The notes under the pieces: generated by a model
The model's database searches: none
What the model saw: the letters and a program-made list of their open reading frames with translations, nothing else
What the model was told of the DNA's origin: nothing
Assembly: GCA_041640455.1 (NCBI GenBank)
Contig: JBEQAF010000024.1
Location: forward strand, 1-25,734
From: a bacterium
Lineage (GTDB): Bacteria; CALINM01
Reading direction: 5' to 3'
DNA: 25,734 nucleotides
Program-made: the position numbers and the translations under genes
Shown here: positions 9,375 through 17,558 of the stretch, piece after piece
How positions within the stretch are numbered: position 1 is the first letter of the stretch
Layout of the letters: each line of letters begins with the position of its first letter

Positions 9375-10631
9375 TTAGTTAGTAATCTCTTCTCCTGAAA
9401 GCATTTTTAACTCCGAGCTCAGGGAAAGATAATCCTTTTTCAACAGAAGAAGCTCCTTTTTATATTCCAGATACTGTCTTATGGTATCAATAATACCCAT
9501 CATATCCTTTTCCTGTACTCTAAACCCTGCAAGAGCTGCCTCGAGAACAACCTCCGTTTGAGTAATAAGATTTTCTTTATAAAGCCCGTAAACTTTACTA
9601 ATTCTCTCAAGACTGCTTAAAATAATATCTACCCTCTGCTCCAGCTCATTTTTTTTATCCGCAATTAGCTGCTTCATCATAATCTCTTTTTTTCTCATCT
9701 CTTCTATATCATTAAGATTTTTTGATTTATACCAGAGCGGGATATTTACCGTAGCCATAAGGCTTACCATATCTGATCTTTTCATTTTATCAGGCGAGTT
9801 TTCTCTCTGCATGTAAGATATGGCGATCTCGAGGTCTGGATATATCATCTTTTCTCTCAACCTTTTCTCCTCAAAAGCCAGCTCTTTTTCTATCAAAGCA
9901 ATCTTTAAATCTGCATTTTTTTCCATGATTTCTTTTTTTAACTGGGTTTTTTGAGGTATGGCTATCTCAACTTCATCAAGGTTAAAAGATTTAATATTTA
10001 TTTCATCTGTTATGCCTGTAAAATATTTTATTTTGTTTATAAGCTCAGACTTTTTCTGATTAAGATCTATAACCTCTTTTTCAATCATTGTCCTTTCTAT
10101 GTTTGCCTTAATTACATTATTGATGCCACCCATTCCTGATTTTACAGCTGCTTTTTCGCTTTCAATAAGAACCTCGAGGTATTTTTTAGCATCTTCATTA
10201 ATCTTTATTAGCTCATCAAGATATAAGATCTCATAAAAAAAGAGCCGCAACTGATGAAGTAGCTCCAGACGCTCTTTTCTGTAATTCTCAATGGCTTTGT
10301 AATAGTCTTTTATAGCAATGATCTCCTTAGACGTAAGCTTCCCTCCCAGAGGAATCATCTGACTTAATGTAATCTCTTTGCTTGTCATGTCCTCATCTCT
10401 TAGAGAAAAGTCATTTACAGGCAGATTGTTGAGAGCCAGTTTAAGCTTGGGGTCATCGAGGCTTGTTGAAACAGATATTCGGTGTTTCATCATATCTACC
10501 TGAGATTTCATGGATCTGAGTTTGGGATTATGCTTTAAAGCAATCTGCTGAAGCTCCTGGATAGAGTATTCCTCCGCTGATAACATTGTATGAGAGAAGA
10601 TTAACAGAAACAAAATATATTTTTTCAGCAT
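9375..10631 (-). CDS. TolC-family outer-membrane efflux protein (CusC-like)
   Basis: Signal peptide, ALKHNPKL, LDDPKL, SQMIPLGGKL, YPDLEI and VNIPLW are typical of metal-efflux OEPs. First gene of the cusBA operon. Confidence 0.85.
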   Translation of the reverse strand: MLKKYILFLLIFSHTMLSAEEYSIQELQQIALKHNPKLRSMKSQVDMMKHRISVSTSLDDPKLKLALNNLPVNDFSLRDEDMTSKEITLSQMIPLGGKLTSKEIIAIKDYYKAIENYRKERLELLHQLRLFFYEILYLDELIKINEDAKKYLEVLIESEKAAVKSGMGGINNVIKANIERTMIEKEVIDLNQKKSELINKIKYFTGITDEINIKSFNLDEVEIAIPQKTQLKKEIMEKNADLKIALIEKELAFEEKRLREKMIYPDLEIAISYMQRENSPDKMKRSDMVSLMATVNIPLWYKSKNLNDIEEMRKKEIMMKQLIADKKNELEQRVDIILSSLERISKVYGLYKENLITQTEVVLEAALAGFRVQEKDMMGIIDTIRQYLEYKKELLLLKKDYLSLSSELKMLSGEEITN

Positions 10632-10769
10632 TTTTTATTATTTTACCAAAAATTATCATTTTAATAGGATTTATTTTTTGATATCTTCAGCAATTAGGTG
10701 CTTATATATCTATTTTTTGGATCAAATAGGTAAAAAAACCAAAAAGTAATGTTAATATATTAAAATCTT

Positions 10770-10797
10770 TTGACAAAAATGTTTCCTGTGATATATT
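10770..10797 (+). promoter_or_regulatory. sigma70-type promoter for the cytochrome-porin-MCP operon
   Basis: TTGACA (10770-10775), 16-nt spacer, TATATT (10792-10797) with an extended -10 TG at 10789-10790. AGGGG SD-like sequence precedes ATG 10822. Confidence 0.6.
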
Positions 10798-10821
10798 TTA
10801 AGAAAAAAATCAGGGGTTTAT

Positions 10822-11766
10822 ATGTTCAGATATTGGTATATCCTTTTAATCCTAATAGTTTTTTCTGTTTTTGGATGCTCATATCTTCAGGTATCCAAAC
10901 CGATTCTTAAACAATCGGAGCTTGAAAAGATGATTGCGGGGCGTTTTGATGCAGAATATGTGGGCACCTCAACCTGTCTTTTTAAATGCCACGAGCATGA
11001 CAAACTGAACGAATATTTTAAAAAAAGCGTTCATGCGGAACAGATAGCAAAAGATACTGCATTGCCGCTGGTTAACTGTGAGACCTGTCATGGACCGGGA
11101 AGTCTTGCCATTGAAAATATAAAAGAGGTTAACGGCAAAAAGCAGTGCGATTTTGAAACATTGATAAATCTAAAAAAGCTCCCCGCAGGTGCAAAAAATC
11201 TTACCTGCCTTAAATGTCATACCATCTCATCTACTCCTGCCCTTGTATATTTCAGAGGATCAGCCCATGAGTTAAATGATGTGGCATGCAGTGATTGCCA
11301 TAAGTTACATCAGTCACCATTACAAAAGGTTGGCTACGAAGAGCAGGCGAATATGTGTGTAAGCTGTCATAAAAAGGTCAAGGCACAGTTCACAGCGCCC
11401 TCCCATCATCCTGTATTTGAAAAAAAGCTGGTCTGCACTGACTGCCATAATCCTCATGGCACAGCCAATGACAAACTTATTAAAAAAGACAGCATAAGAG
11501 AGGCATGTATCAGATGTCATATGGAGAAGGGAACAGCCTTCTCTTTTCCCCATGGAGATGTGATAGATGACTGCACAAACTGTCACAATCCCCACGGCTC
11601 CATTAATGATAATCTTCTTAAATTTAAAGAGCCCACATTGTGTTTAAGATGTCACAAGGGGCATCATCTATCATCTGCTCTGGATGCAAAAAAACTTTAT
11701 AATCGATGCAGCGACTGCCATTCATCCATTCACGGAAGTACAAATCCTAAAGGTCTTCTCAGGTAG
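10822..11766 (+). CDS. lipoprotein decaheme c-type cytochrome, MtrA/DmsE family
   Basis: Lipobox VFGC (Cys19). Nine CxxCH motifs (CETCH, CLKCH, CSDCH, CVSCH, CTDCH, CIRCH, CTNCH, CLRCH, CSDCH) plus one CxxxCH (CLFKCH). DmsE-type SHHPV, CHNPHG and IHGS patterns. Confidence 0.9.
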   Translation: MFRYWYILLILIVFSVFGCSYLQVSKPILKQSELEKMIAGRFDAEYVGTSTCLFKCHEHDKLNEYFKKSVHAEQIAKDTALPLVNCETCHGPGSLAIENIKEVNGKKQCDFETLINLKKLPAGAKNLTCLKCHTISSTPALVYFRGSAHELNDVACSDCHKLHQSPLQKVGYEEQANMCVSCHKKVKAQFTAPSHHPVFEKKLVCTDCHNPHGTANDKLIKKDSIREACIRCHMEKGTAFSFPHGDVIDDCTNCHNPHGSINDNLLKFKEPTLCLRCHKGHHLSSALDAKKLYNRCSDCHSSIHGSTNPKGLLR

Positions 11767-11774
11767 GAGGGGAT

Positions 11775-13568
11775 ATGAGACTGACAAAAATTGTTTTCTT
11801 TATAATGCTTTTTACACTAATTCATTCCCAGCTACAGGCAGAAGAATCTTATCTGCAAAAGGACTACTCCTTTTCTCTCGGGTATAATTTTATTTCAACT
11901 GGAAACTCTTCTGTTTTAGTATCCGAATATGCCTCTCCTATCTCATCCCCCGAGCTGATACTGAATTTGAAAAATCTTGCAGGTCATCATAAATATATGG
12001 GAGACCTGAATTTTTTAAACAGAGATGACTTCACACTGCATTTTCAGTATGATTATTCTGATGTATTTAGAGCTGAGATAAGAAAAACCGATTTTTTCCA
12101 TAATCTCAATCATAAATATTTTATCTTTACAACCGACTATGTTGATTATAGAGCCGATGATAGTTATTTTTTTGACATTAACAGGAACTCGGCTTTTTTT
12201 AAATACAAACTACCCATAAATCAGCCCTATCATATAAGATTTGGTGCTGAAGAATTAATAGAAAAGGGTAGTTTTCAGAAAAGGTTTTACGGTCAGGCAA
12301 GAACAGACAGCATTGTCAAGGATAACAGATTATACTCCACGTCTAAACCGATAGATTTAAGAACTTATAATTACGAAACATCTCTTGACGGCATTATAGG
12401 TGGCGTTAGCTTTTCTGCTATTCTTGAGGTAGCTAACCAGAAGGATAAGAAATCCGATGCTTCAGAGGGAGGAAATATTCTTTCAATCCCGAGCTCTACA
12501 AGAAGCTACAAACATCTGTCATTATATAGCAATCAGACAGGACAGATAAGCTATGTGGTTTCTTTTAGTAACAGCGAGATAAATAACAATAAAAGAGATG
12601 AGCTTAATCAGAAATCGGCAGAGTATAATTATAACAGCTCATCAGCTATTTTTACTTACTATCCTTTTAAGGATCTCAGATTATATTTAAGACTAAAATA
12701 TGAGGATAGAGAGGAAAAAAGTCCTGAAAAGATAAGATTTTTAACCATAGATTATCCCACTTTTTATTCCAGTAATGTCACATCCACATCACTTAACTAT
12801 GGTCTCGTATTTAATATAAACAAAGATTTCAGATTTAAATTTGATGGTAAAAGCAAAGAGACAAAAAGGGATGGAGTAATGGATAACGAGTGGCTCTTAA
12901 GTAACTCGGTTGCTCTTGAAGGAAAGGTTACCAACACTAAGATAAAGATTAAGGAAACCATTGAAAACATCGAAAATCCCTACTACAGGGGGACACCTAA
13001 AAATCTTTATAAAACCAATTTTTTTATAGGACAGGAGCTAAATGAGAAATCTGGCATAGATTTTGATTTTTGTTTCTCTGTAAGAAAAAATGATGATCAA
13101 AACTATTATATTCAGGAGCATATAACTAACTCTTTAATGCTGACCTATTACCATATATTTGACAACCATACTAATTTTAATGTCTATCTTGGTTATGACA
13201 AAGAAAGATATAAGCTTGACCTAAATATATTTGGGGGCGGCAATATTCCCAATACACCTTACAGGATGACCAAAATATATGGTGATATAAATCTCTCAAA
13301 GGCTTTTACAAAAAAATCTTCAGCCTATACTGACATTTTCTATCAGCGCGGGTATGGAAACTATTATCCCGAAAGTTCAATGAAATTAAATGAGATTACC
13401 TTTAATGACTTCTATCAGTACGGTATAACACTCGGGCATAACTGTAGATATACCTCTTCTGATACGGTTAAGCTTGAGCTTTCATACAAAAAGCATACAG
13501 AAAAAAGCTTTGACAATCTTAGCGGAGATATAAAAACAATATATTTAGCATGGGAAAGAAGATGGTAA
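11775..13568 (+). CDS. MtrB/PioB-like outer-membrane beta-barrel (porin partner of the decaheme cytochrome)
   Basis: Signal peptide, Tyr/Phe/Asn/Ser-rich alternating beta-strand pattern, FFHNLNH motif and C-terminal aromatic BAM-type signal (IYLAWERRW). SD GGAGG; starts 8 nt after the decaheme gene. Confidence 0.75.
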   Translation: MRLTKIVFFIMLFTLIHSQLQAEESYLQKDYSFSLGYNFISTGNSSVLVSEYASPISSPELILNLKNLAGHHKYMGDLNFLNRDDFTLHFQYDYSDVFRAEIRKTDFFHNLNHKYFIFTTDYVDYRADDSYFFDINRNSAFFKYKLPINQPYHIRFGAEELIEKGSFQKRFYGQARTDSIVKDNRLYSTSKPIDLRTYNYETSLDGIIGGVSFSAILEVANQKDKKSDASEGGNILSIPSSTRSYKHLSLYSNQTGQISYVVSFSNSEINNNKRDELNQKSAEYNYNSSSAIFTYYPFKDLRLYLRLKYEDREEKSPEKIRFLTIDYPTFYSSNVTSTSLNYGLVFNINKDFRFKFDGKSKETKRDGVMDNEWLLSNSVALEGKVTNTKIKIKETIENIENPYYRGTPKNLYKTNFFIGQELNEKSGIDFDFCFSVRKNDDQNYYIQEHITNSLMLTYYHIFDNHTNFNVYLGYDKERYKLDLNIFGGGNIPNTPYRMTKIYGDINLSKAFTKKSSAYTDIFYQRGYGNYYPESSMKLNEITFNDFYQYGITLGHNCRYTSSDTVKLELSYKKHTEKSFDNLSGDIKTIYLAWERRW

Positions 13569-14485
13569 AAAAATTTATATTATTAATAGTTTTTATAGTA
13601 TTTGTAACTTCATTTAACCGCGCAGGAGCAAAGGACAAGGTTATAGCTGTTATACTGGCAACCAACCTGCACAGGTACAAGCTTGCAGCAGAGAGCTTTG
13701 AAAAGACATTTAAGGAGATAAATAGAGGGATGGAGGTTCAGTTTCTATTATCCATGCCCAACCCGGATCCTGCCTCATGGGCAAATGCCATAAAAAGGGC
13801 AGAGGGGTATGATGTGGATGCAATAATAGCCTTTGGCACACCTATAGTTAATGCAGCTATAAAAGAGAACTGTTCAGCACCTGTTATATTTGCTGATGTT
13901 TTTGAAAAGGAGCTTATAGAAAATGTTAGGGTTGTCAAGGTAGGCGGAGTTTATAATAATATACCCCTCGGTACACTGGTAAAACACATCAGCACCATAA
14001 AAAAGCTGGATGTTTTGTATGTATATTACAACCCCCTTGAACCTGAAAGCGAAAGACAGGCAAGAAAGCTTAAGGAGATCTGTCAGCTTCAGGGGGCCAG
14101 GTGCGATGCCATTGAGATAAAAAGCGTTGCTAAGATAGTGGGTGAGAAGCTTGACCCTGATTCTGCCATTTTTTTAACAAGCTCTGTGTTACTGGAGACC
14201 GGAGTAGCAAGAATAATTGCCTTTGCAAACAACTTCAATGTGCCCGTTATCGGTCTTACAGAGACCGTTACAGAAAAAGGTGGGCTGCTTTCCATATCAA
14301 TTAATCCTCAGGAACAGGGTGTTATGCTTGCTAAATATGCTACTGATTTTTTCAAAACTGGAAAACTTCCTGAAAACAGACAGGTTGTTAAGGTTGACTT
14401 TATAGTTAATCTGGATGCGGCAAAAAAACTAAATCTAAATATCCCCTTTTCGGTTCTTAATAGTGCTACGAGGGTAATAAAATGA
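13562..14485 (+). CDS. periplasmic substrate-binding protein (ABC_sub_bind / type I PBP fold), no cognate permease in the window
   Basis: Signal peptide (MVKKFILL...AGA); DAIIAFGT, PVIFA, KGGLLSISINPQEQG and VNLDAAKKLNLNIP are typical of ABC_sub_bind proteins. ATG 13562 is preferred over 13550 and overlaps the porin stop. Confidence 0.8.
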   Translation: MVKKFILLIVFIVFVTSFNRAGAKDKVIAVILATNLHRYKLAAESFEKTFKEINRGMEVQFLLSMPNPDPASWANAIKRAEGYDVDAIIAFGTPIVNAAIKENCSAPVIFADVFEKELIENVRVVKVGGVYNNIPLGTLVKHISTIKKLDVLYVYYNPLEPESERQARKLKEICQLQGARCDAIEIKSVAKIVGEKLDPDSAIFLTSSVLLETGVARIIAFANNFNVPVIGLTETVTEKGGLLSISINPQEQGVMLAKYATDFFKTGKLPENRQVVKVDFIVNLDAAKKLNLNIPFSVLNSATRVIK

Positions 14486-16536
14486 ACAAAAATTCAAGTC
14501 TTAAAAAAACACTTCTTACAATAATACTTATAAGTATTGCACTATCTACTCTGATCTCAACCTTTTTCATTACCATAAATTTTTATCTGGATTACAAGAA
14601 ATCTGTAATAAATAATGTTAAAAGAATACTCGAAAAGACCTCCGATGATATAAATAAGGTGATATCACTGGGACTTACTTTACAGGATCTGCCTAATCTT
14701 GAACAGGAGCTAACAGATAAGGTAAATTTTGAAAAATCCCTTAGCTATCTTATTATTGCAGATAAGGATAATCTGGTTCAGATCTCTACTGTTGAGAAAT
14801 ATAGAGGTAAACAGCTTGTTCTGAAAGATGGTGAAGAGCTATCAGTAAACGGGGTTGATTCCTTAAACGTGCTCACAACTCTCACGGACTCTGAAAAGAA
14901 ACCAGCATATTTTATCTATGCAGGTATTAAAAGCAGCGTACTTAAACAGAAGATATACAATACACTTCTACTGTTTATCATTACATCCTTTGGTACTATT
15001 TTTCTTTCATTTATAATATCCAAAAAGATCCTTGACACAAGGCTTTTTAGCCCCCTGATGAAGCTAAAGGAAGCTACAGATAGGATATCGAGCGGTGAGC
15101 TCAACATTAACGTGGAAACGGCTTTCCATGACGAGGTGGGGATTGTTACTAATAACTTTTCTCTCATGGTGCAGAACCTGAAAGATATCATTCAGAGCCT
15201 TAAAAACGGCGTATATCAGTTATCCATAATAAATGATACAGCTCAAGAGCTCAGCCACAAAACTAAGGACGGTTCAGAAAAGCAGCTTTCAAGCTCCAGC
15301 AGGATAAACGAGGTGTTTCAGAACATAGAAGACCGTATAACTGCTTTGAAAGAAAAGGTTGATACACTCAATGAGTTTATTGAGCTTACATCATCCACAT
15401 TTCTTGAAATCTCATCCTCGTCGGAAGAGATTTTTAAGACTATGGAAGAGCTGATGAAAAGTGTTGAGAAGATAGACGAGACTTACAAAAATTTTAATAA
15501 TATAAATAATAAGCTGGACGAAAGCGCTGAAAGGCTCTCAAAGGAGATAGAGAATATACTGTCTTTTGTTAACCAGATTGACGCGGCATTAAAGATTACT
15601 CTCCAGAATGTGTCAGAGACAGCTAAAAAAAGCGACCGTATGAATGAGCTTGCAAGGTTAAGCAAAAAATCCATCCAGGATAACATGAAAAGCGTGCAGA
15701 AAATGGCTGAGATTTCAACCGAGTCAAGAGAATCCTTTCTTACCTTAAAAGGCAATATTGATAAAATTTCAGACATACTAACCGTAATTGAGGAGATTGC
15801 TGAACAGACCAATATGCTTGCACTTAACGCTGCAATTATAGCTGCACAAACAGAAGAAAGTGGTGGTAAGGCATTCTCTGTGGTAGCAGAGGAGATTAAA
15901 AGTCTGTCAAGACGTACCCAGAGTTCAACAAAGGAGATAGCCAGTCTCATAGAATCAATTATTGACCAGACCCAGCAGGTTTACGGAAAACTTAATGAGA
16001 CCGCCAGAGAAGGAGAAGTAGCCCTGGTGAAAACAAAGGATGTGGAGTCTAATATAGGCGAGATCATAGAGCTAATCGAACAGGTAGCCATAAGTGTAAA
16101 TGAGATTCTTAAATCAGCAAATGAACAGTCCTCAGGAAGCAATGTGCTAAGTCAGGAAGTGGAGGATCTTAGAAGGGTTGCCGACATACTTCTATCTGTG
16201 AAAGAAGAGGGCAATCGGGCAGGAAAAATCATGGGCGAGCTTGTGGAGTTTATATCAAGGGTAGTCAATAAGGTTGGTTTATCCATCAAAGAGCAGAACA
16301 GTTCAATGGCTACTGTAAAAAAATCTGTAATAGATCTTGGCAGTTTCTCCAAACAGCTTACTGATTTTATTAACAGAGATAAAAAGGAGATTTCCGAAAC
16401 AAAACCTTTAATTACCGATATAAAAAATCTTGCCACAGAAAACAATAAACAGGCTGTGACTTTAGAAGAAAAGCTTTATGAGCTTAGAAAGCTCAGTGAC
16501 AGTTTTAACGAGATAATCAAAAAATTTAAAGTATAG
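14482..16536 (+). CDS. methyl-accepting chemotaxis protein (2 TM, periplasmic sensor, HAMP, very long signalling domain)
   Basis: TM at ~11-33 and ~160-180; HAMP (PLMKLKEATDRISSGEL...DEVG...FSLMVQNL); signalling tip IAEQTNMLALNAAIIAAQ...AFSVVAEEIKSLSRRT. ATGA overlap with the upstream gene. Confidence 0.92.
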   Translation: MNKNSSLKKTLLTIILISIALSTLISTFFITINFYLDYKKSVINNVKRILEKTSDDINKVISLGLTLQDLPNLEQELTDKVNFEKSLSYLIIADKDNLVQISTVEKYRGKQLVLKDGEELSVNGVDSLNVLTTLTDSEKKPAYFIYAGIKSSVLKQKIYNTLLLFIITSFGTIFLSFIISKKILDTRLFSPLMKLKEATDRISSGELNINVETAFHDEVGIVTNNFSLMVQNLKDIIQSLKNGVYQLSIINDTAQELSHKTKDGSEKQLSSSSRINEVFQNIEDRITALKEKVDTLNEFIELTSSTFLEISSSSEEIFKTMEELMKSVEKIDETYKNFNNINNKLDESAERLSKEIENILSFVNQIDAALKITLQNVSETAKKSDRMNELARLSKKSIQDNMKSVQKMAEISTESRESFLTLKGNIDKISDILTVIEEIAEQTNMLALNAAIIAAQTEESGGKAFSVVAEEIKSLSRRTQSSTKEIASLIESIIDQTQQVYGKLNETAREGEVALVKTKDVESNIGEIIELIEQVAISVNEILKSANEQSSGSNVLSQEVEDLRRVADILLSVKEEGNRAGKIMGELVEFISRVVNKVGLSIKEQNSSMATVKKSVIDLGSFSKQLTDFINRDKKEISETKPLITDIKNLATENNKQAVTLEEKLYELRKLSDSFNEIIKKFKV

Positions 16537-16553
16537 TACAAGGGTTAAGTATT

Positions 16554-17558
16554 ATGAAGAGAATCCTATTCTTATTTGTTTTTACACTGCTTTTAAACAG
16601 TAGTTCCCAAGCCTTTGAAGCAAAAATTATAAAATTTATGGGAAATGTAACAGTTATTCCTTATAGCCAGAAGGAGACCAGGCCTAAAGAGGGGATGGAG
16701 CTTTTCGAAAAGGATACAATTATAAGCGGTTTAGACGGCTGGGTTGCCATTGAGCTCAAAGATAAGTCAAAAATTAACGTGGGGAACAAAACGAGTTTGA
16801 CTATCTACAAAAATAAAGAAGACATTACTATCCAGATTGACAGAGGTAAGATTGAAGCAAAGGTAAAAAAGGTTAAAGATCGAGAGATTACTTTTAAAAC
16901 CAATACAGCCATAGCTGGTATACGTGGAACTGAGTTTATGCTATTTAATGAGAATAACGCCAATGTGGTGTTTGGCAAAGAGGGGACAGTGGAGGTAAAA
17001 GGAAGTAAAGAAGGAGCAGAAACTGTCTCAAAGAATGAGATGACAGAGACTACCCGTGGTGCCAGACCCATCCCTACACAAAAGGTAGATAAAGGCACCC
17101 TTCTATACGATGCATTTAATATTCTGCAGTCTCTTCTTGATGAAAATCCAAATAAGGATTTTAGTTCAGCCGACAGGTTTAGCGAGATAATAGCAAGGTG
17201 GAATATAATCTATAGCCGTTATCAGGTTGATAAGAAAAACTTTGATGATGCCCTTTATACTTTACAGCTGGCTCTGGATATTACCCAGAATCCTGAGATT
17301 AGAGCAGACGCAAGGATACAGAGAGGCAATATTTATTCAGTCTTTTTAAACTCCTACGAAGAAGCACTGGCTGAGTATCTTCTTAATCTTGAAGAGTATC
17401 CCCATATCCCGCAGGCAGAGATTTCCTTATATAACGTGGCTGTTTTACTGGATGAGCTGGGGTTCAGGGAAAGATCTGTTGAAAGACTCAAAGAGTACAA
17501 AGAAAAATACCCCAAAGGCTCTTATATTAACAAGGTCTTGAGAATGTTAGGGGAATAG
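16554..17558 (+). CDS. exported FecR-domain protein with C-terminal TPR repeats
   Basis: Signal peptide (SSQA/FE); FecR-like GNVTV...GMELFEKDTI...LKDKSKINVG...TNTAIAGIRGTEF; C-terminal TPR-like helices (YEEALAEY...YPHIPQAEISLY...YKEKYPKG). Confidence 0.75.
   Translation: MKRILFLFVFTLLLNSSSQAFEAKIIKFMGNVTVIPYSQKETRPKEGMELFEKDTIISGLDGWVAIELKDKSKINVGNKTSLTIYKNKEDITIQIDRGKIEAKVKKVKDREITFKTNTAIAGIRGTEFMLFNENNANVVFGKEGTVEVKGSKEGAETVSKNEMTETTRGARPIPTQKVDKGTLLYDAFNILQSLLDENPNKDFSSADRFSEIIARWNIIYSRYQVDKKNFDDALYTLQLALDITQNPEIRADARIQRGNIYSVFLNSYEEALAEYLLNLEEYPHIPQAEISLYNVAVLLDELGFRERSVERLKEYKEKYPKGSYINKVLRMLGE

Noticed and set aside
10752..10763. Palindrome TTAATATATTAA upstream of the cytochrome promoter, and weak TATTTTTTG repeats nearby
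   Set aside because: Low-complexity A/T sequence in a very AT-rich spacer; expected by chance.
289..14405. Other short overlapping ORFs (289-579, 2709-2939, 4653-4868, 7238-7507, 8630-8851, 9951-10139, 11320-11595, 11684-11887, 13738-13938, 14089-14295, 14217-14405)
   Set aside because: They are essentially embedded in longer, confidently assigned genes and have no independent coding evidence.
14916..17098. Antisense ORFs within the MCP and FecR genes (91, 155, 97, 97 aa)
   Set aside because: Ser/Ile/Leu/Phe-rich shadows of the well-supported plus-strand genes, with no recognisable motifs.
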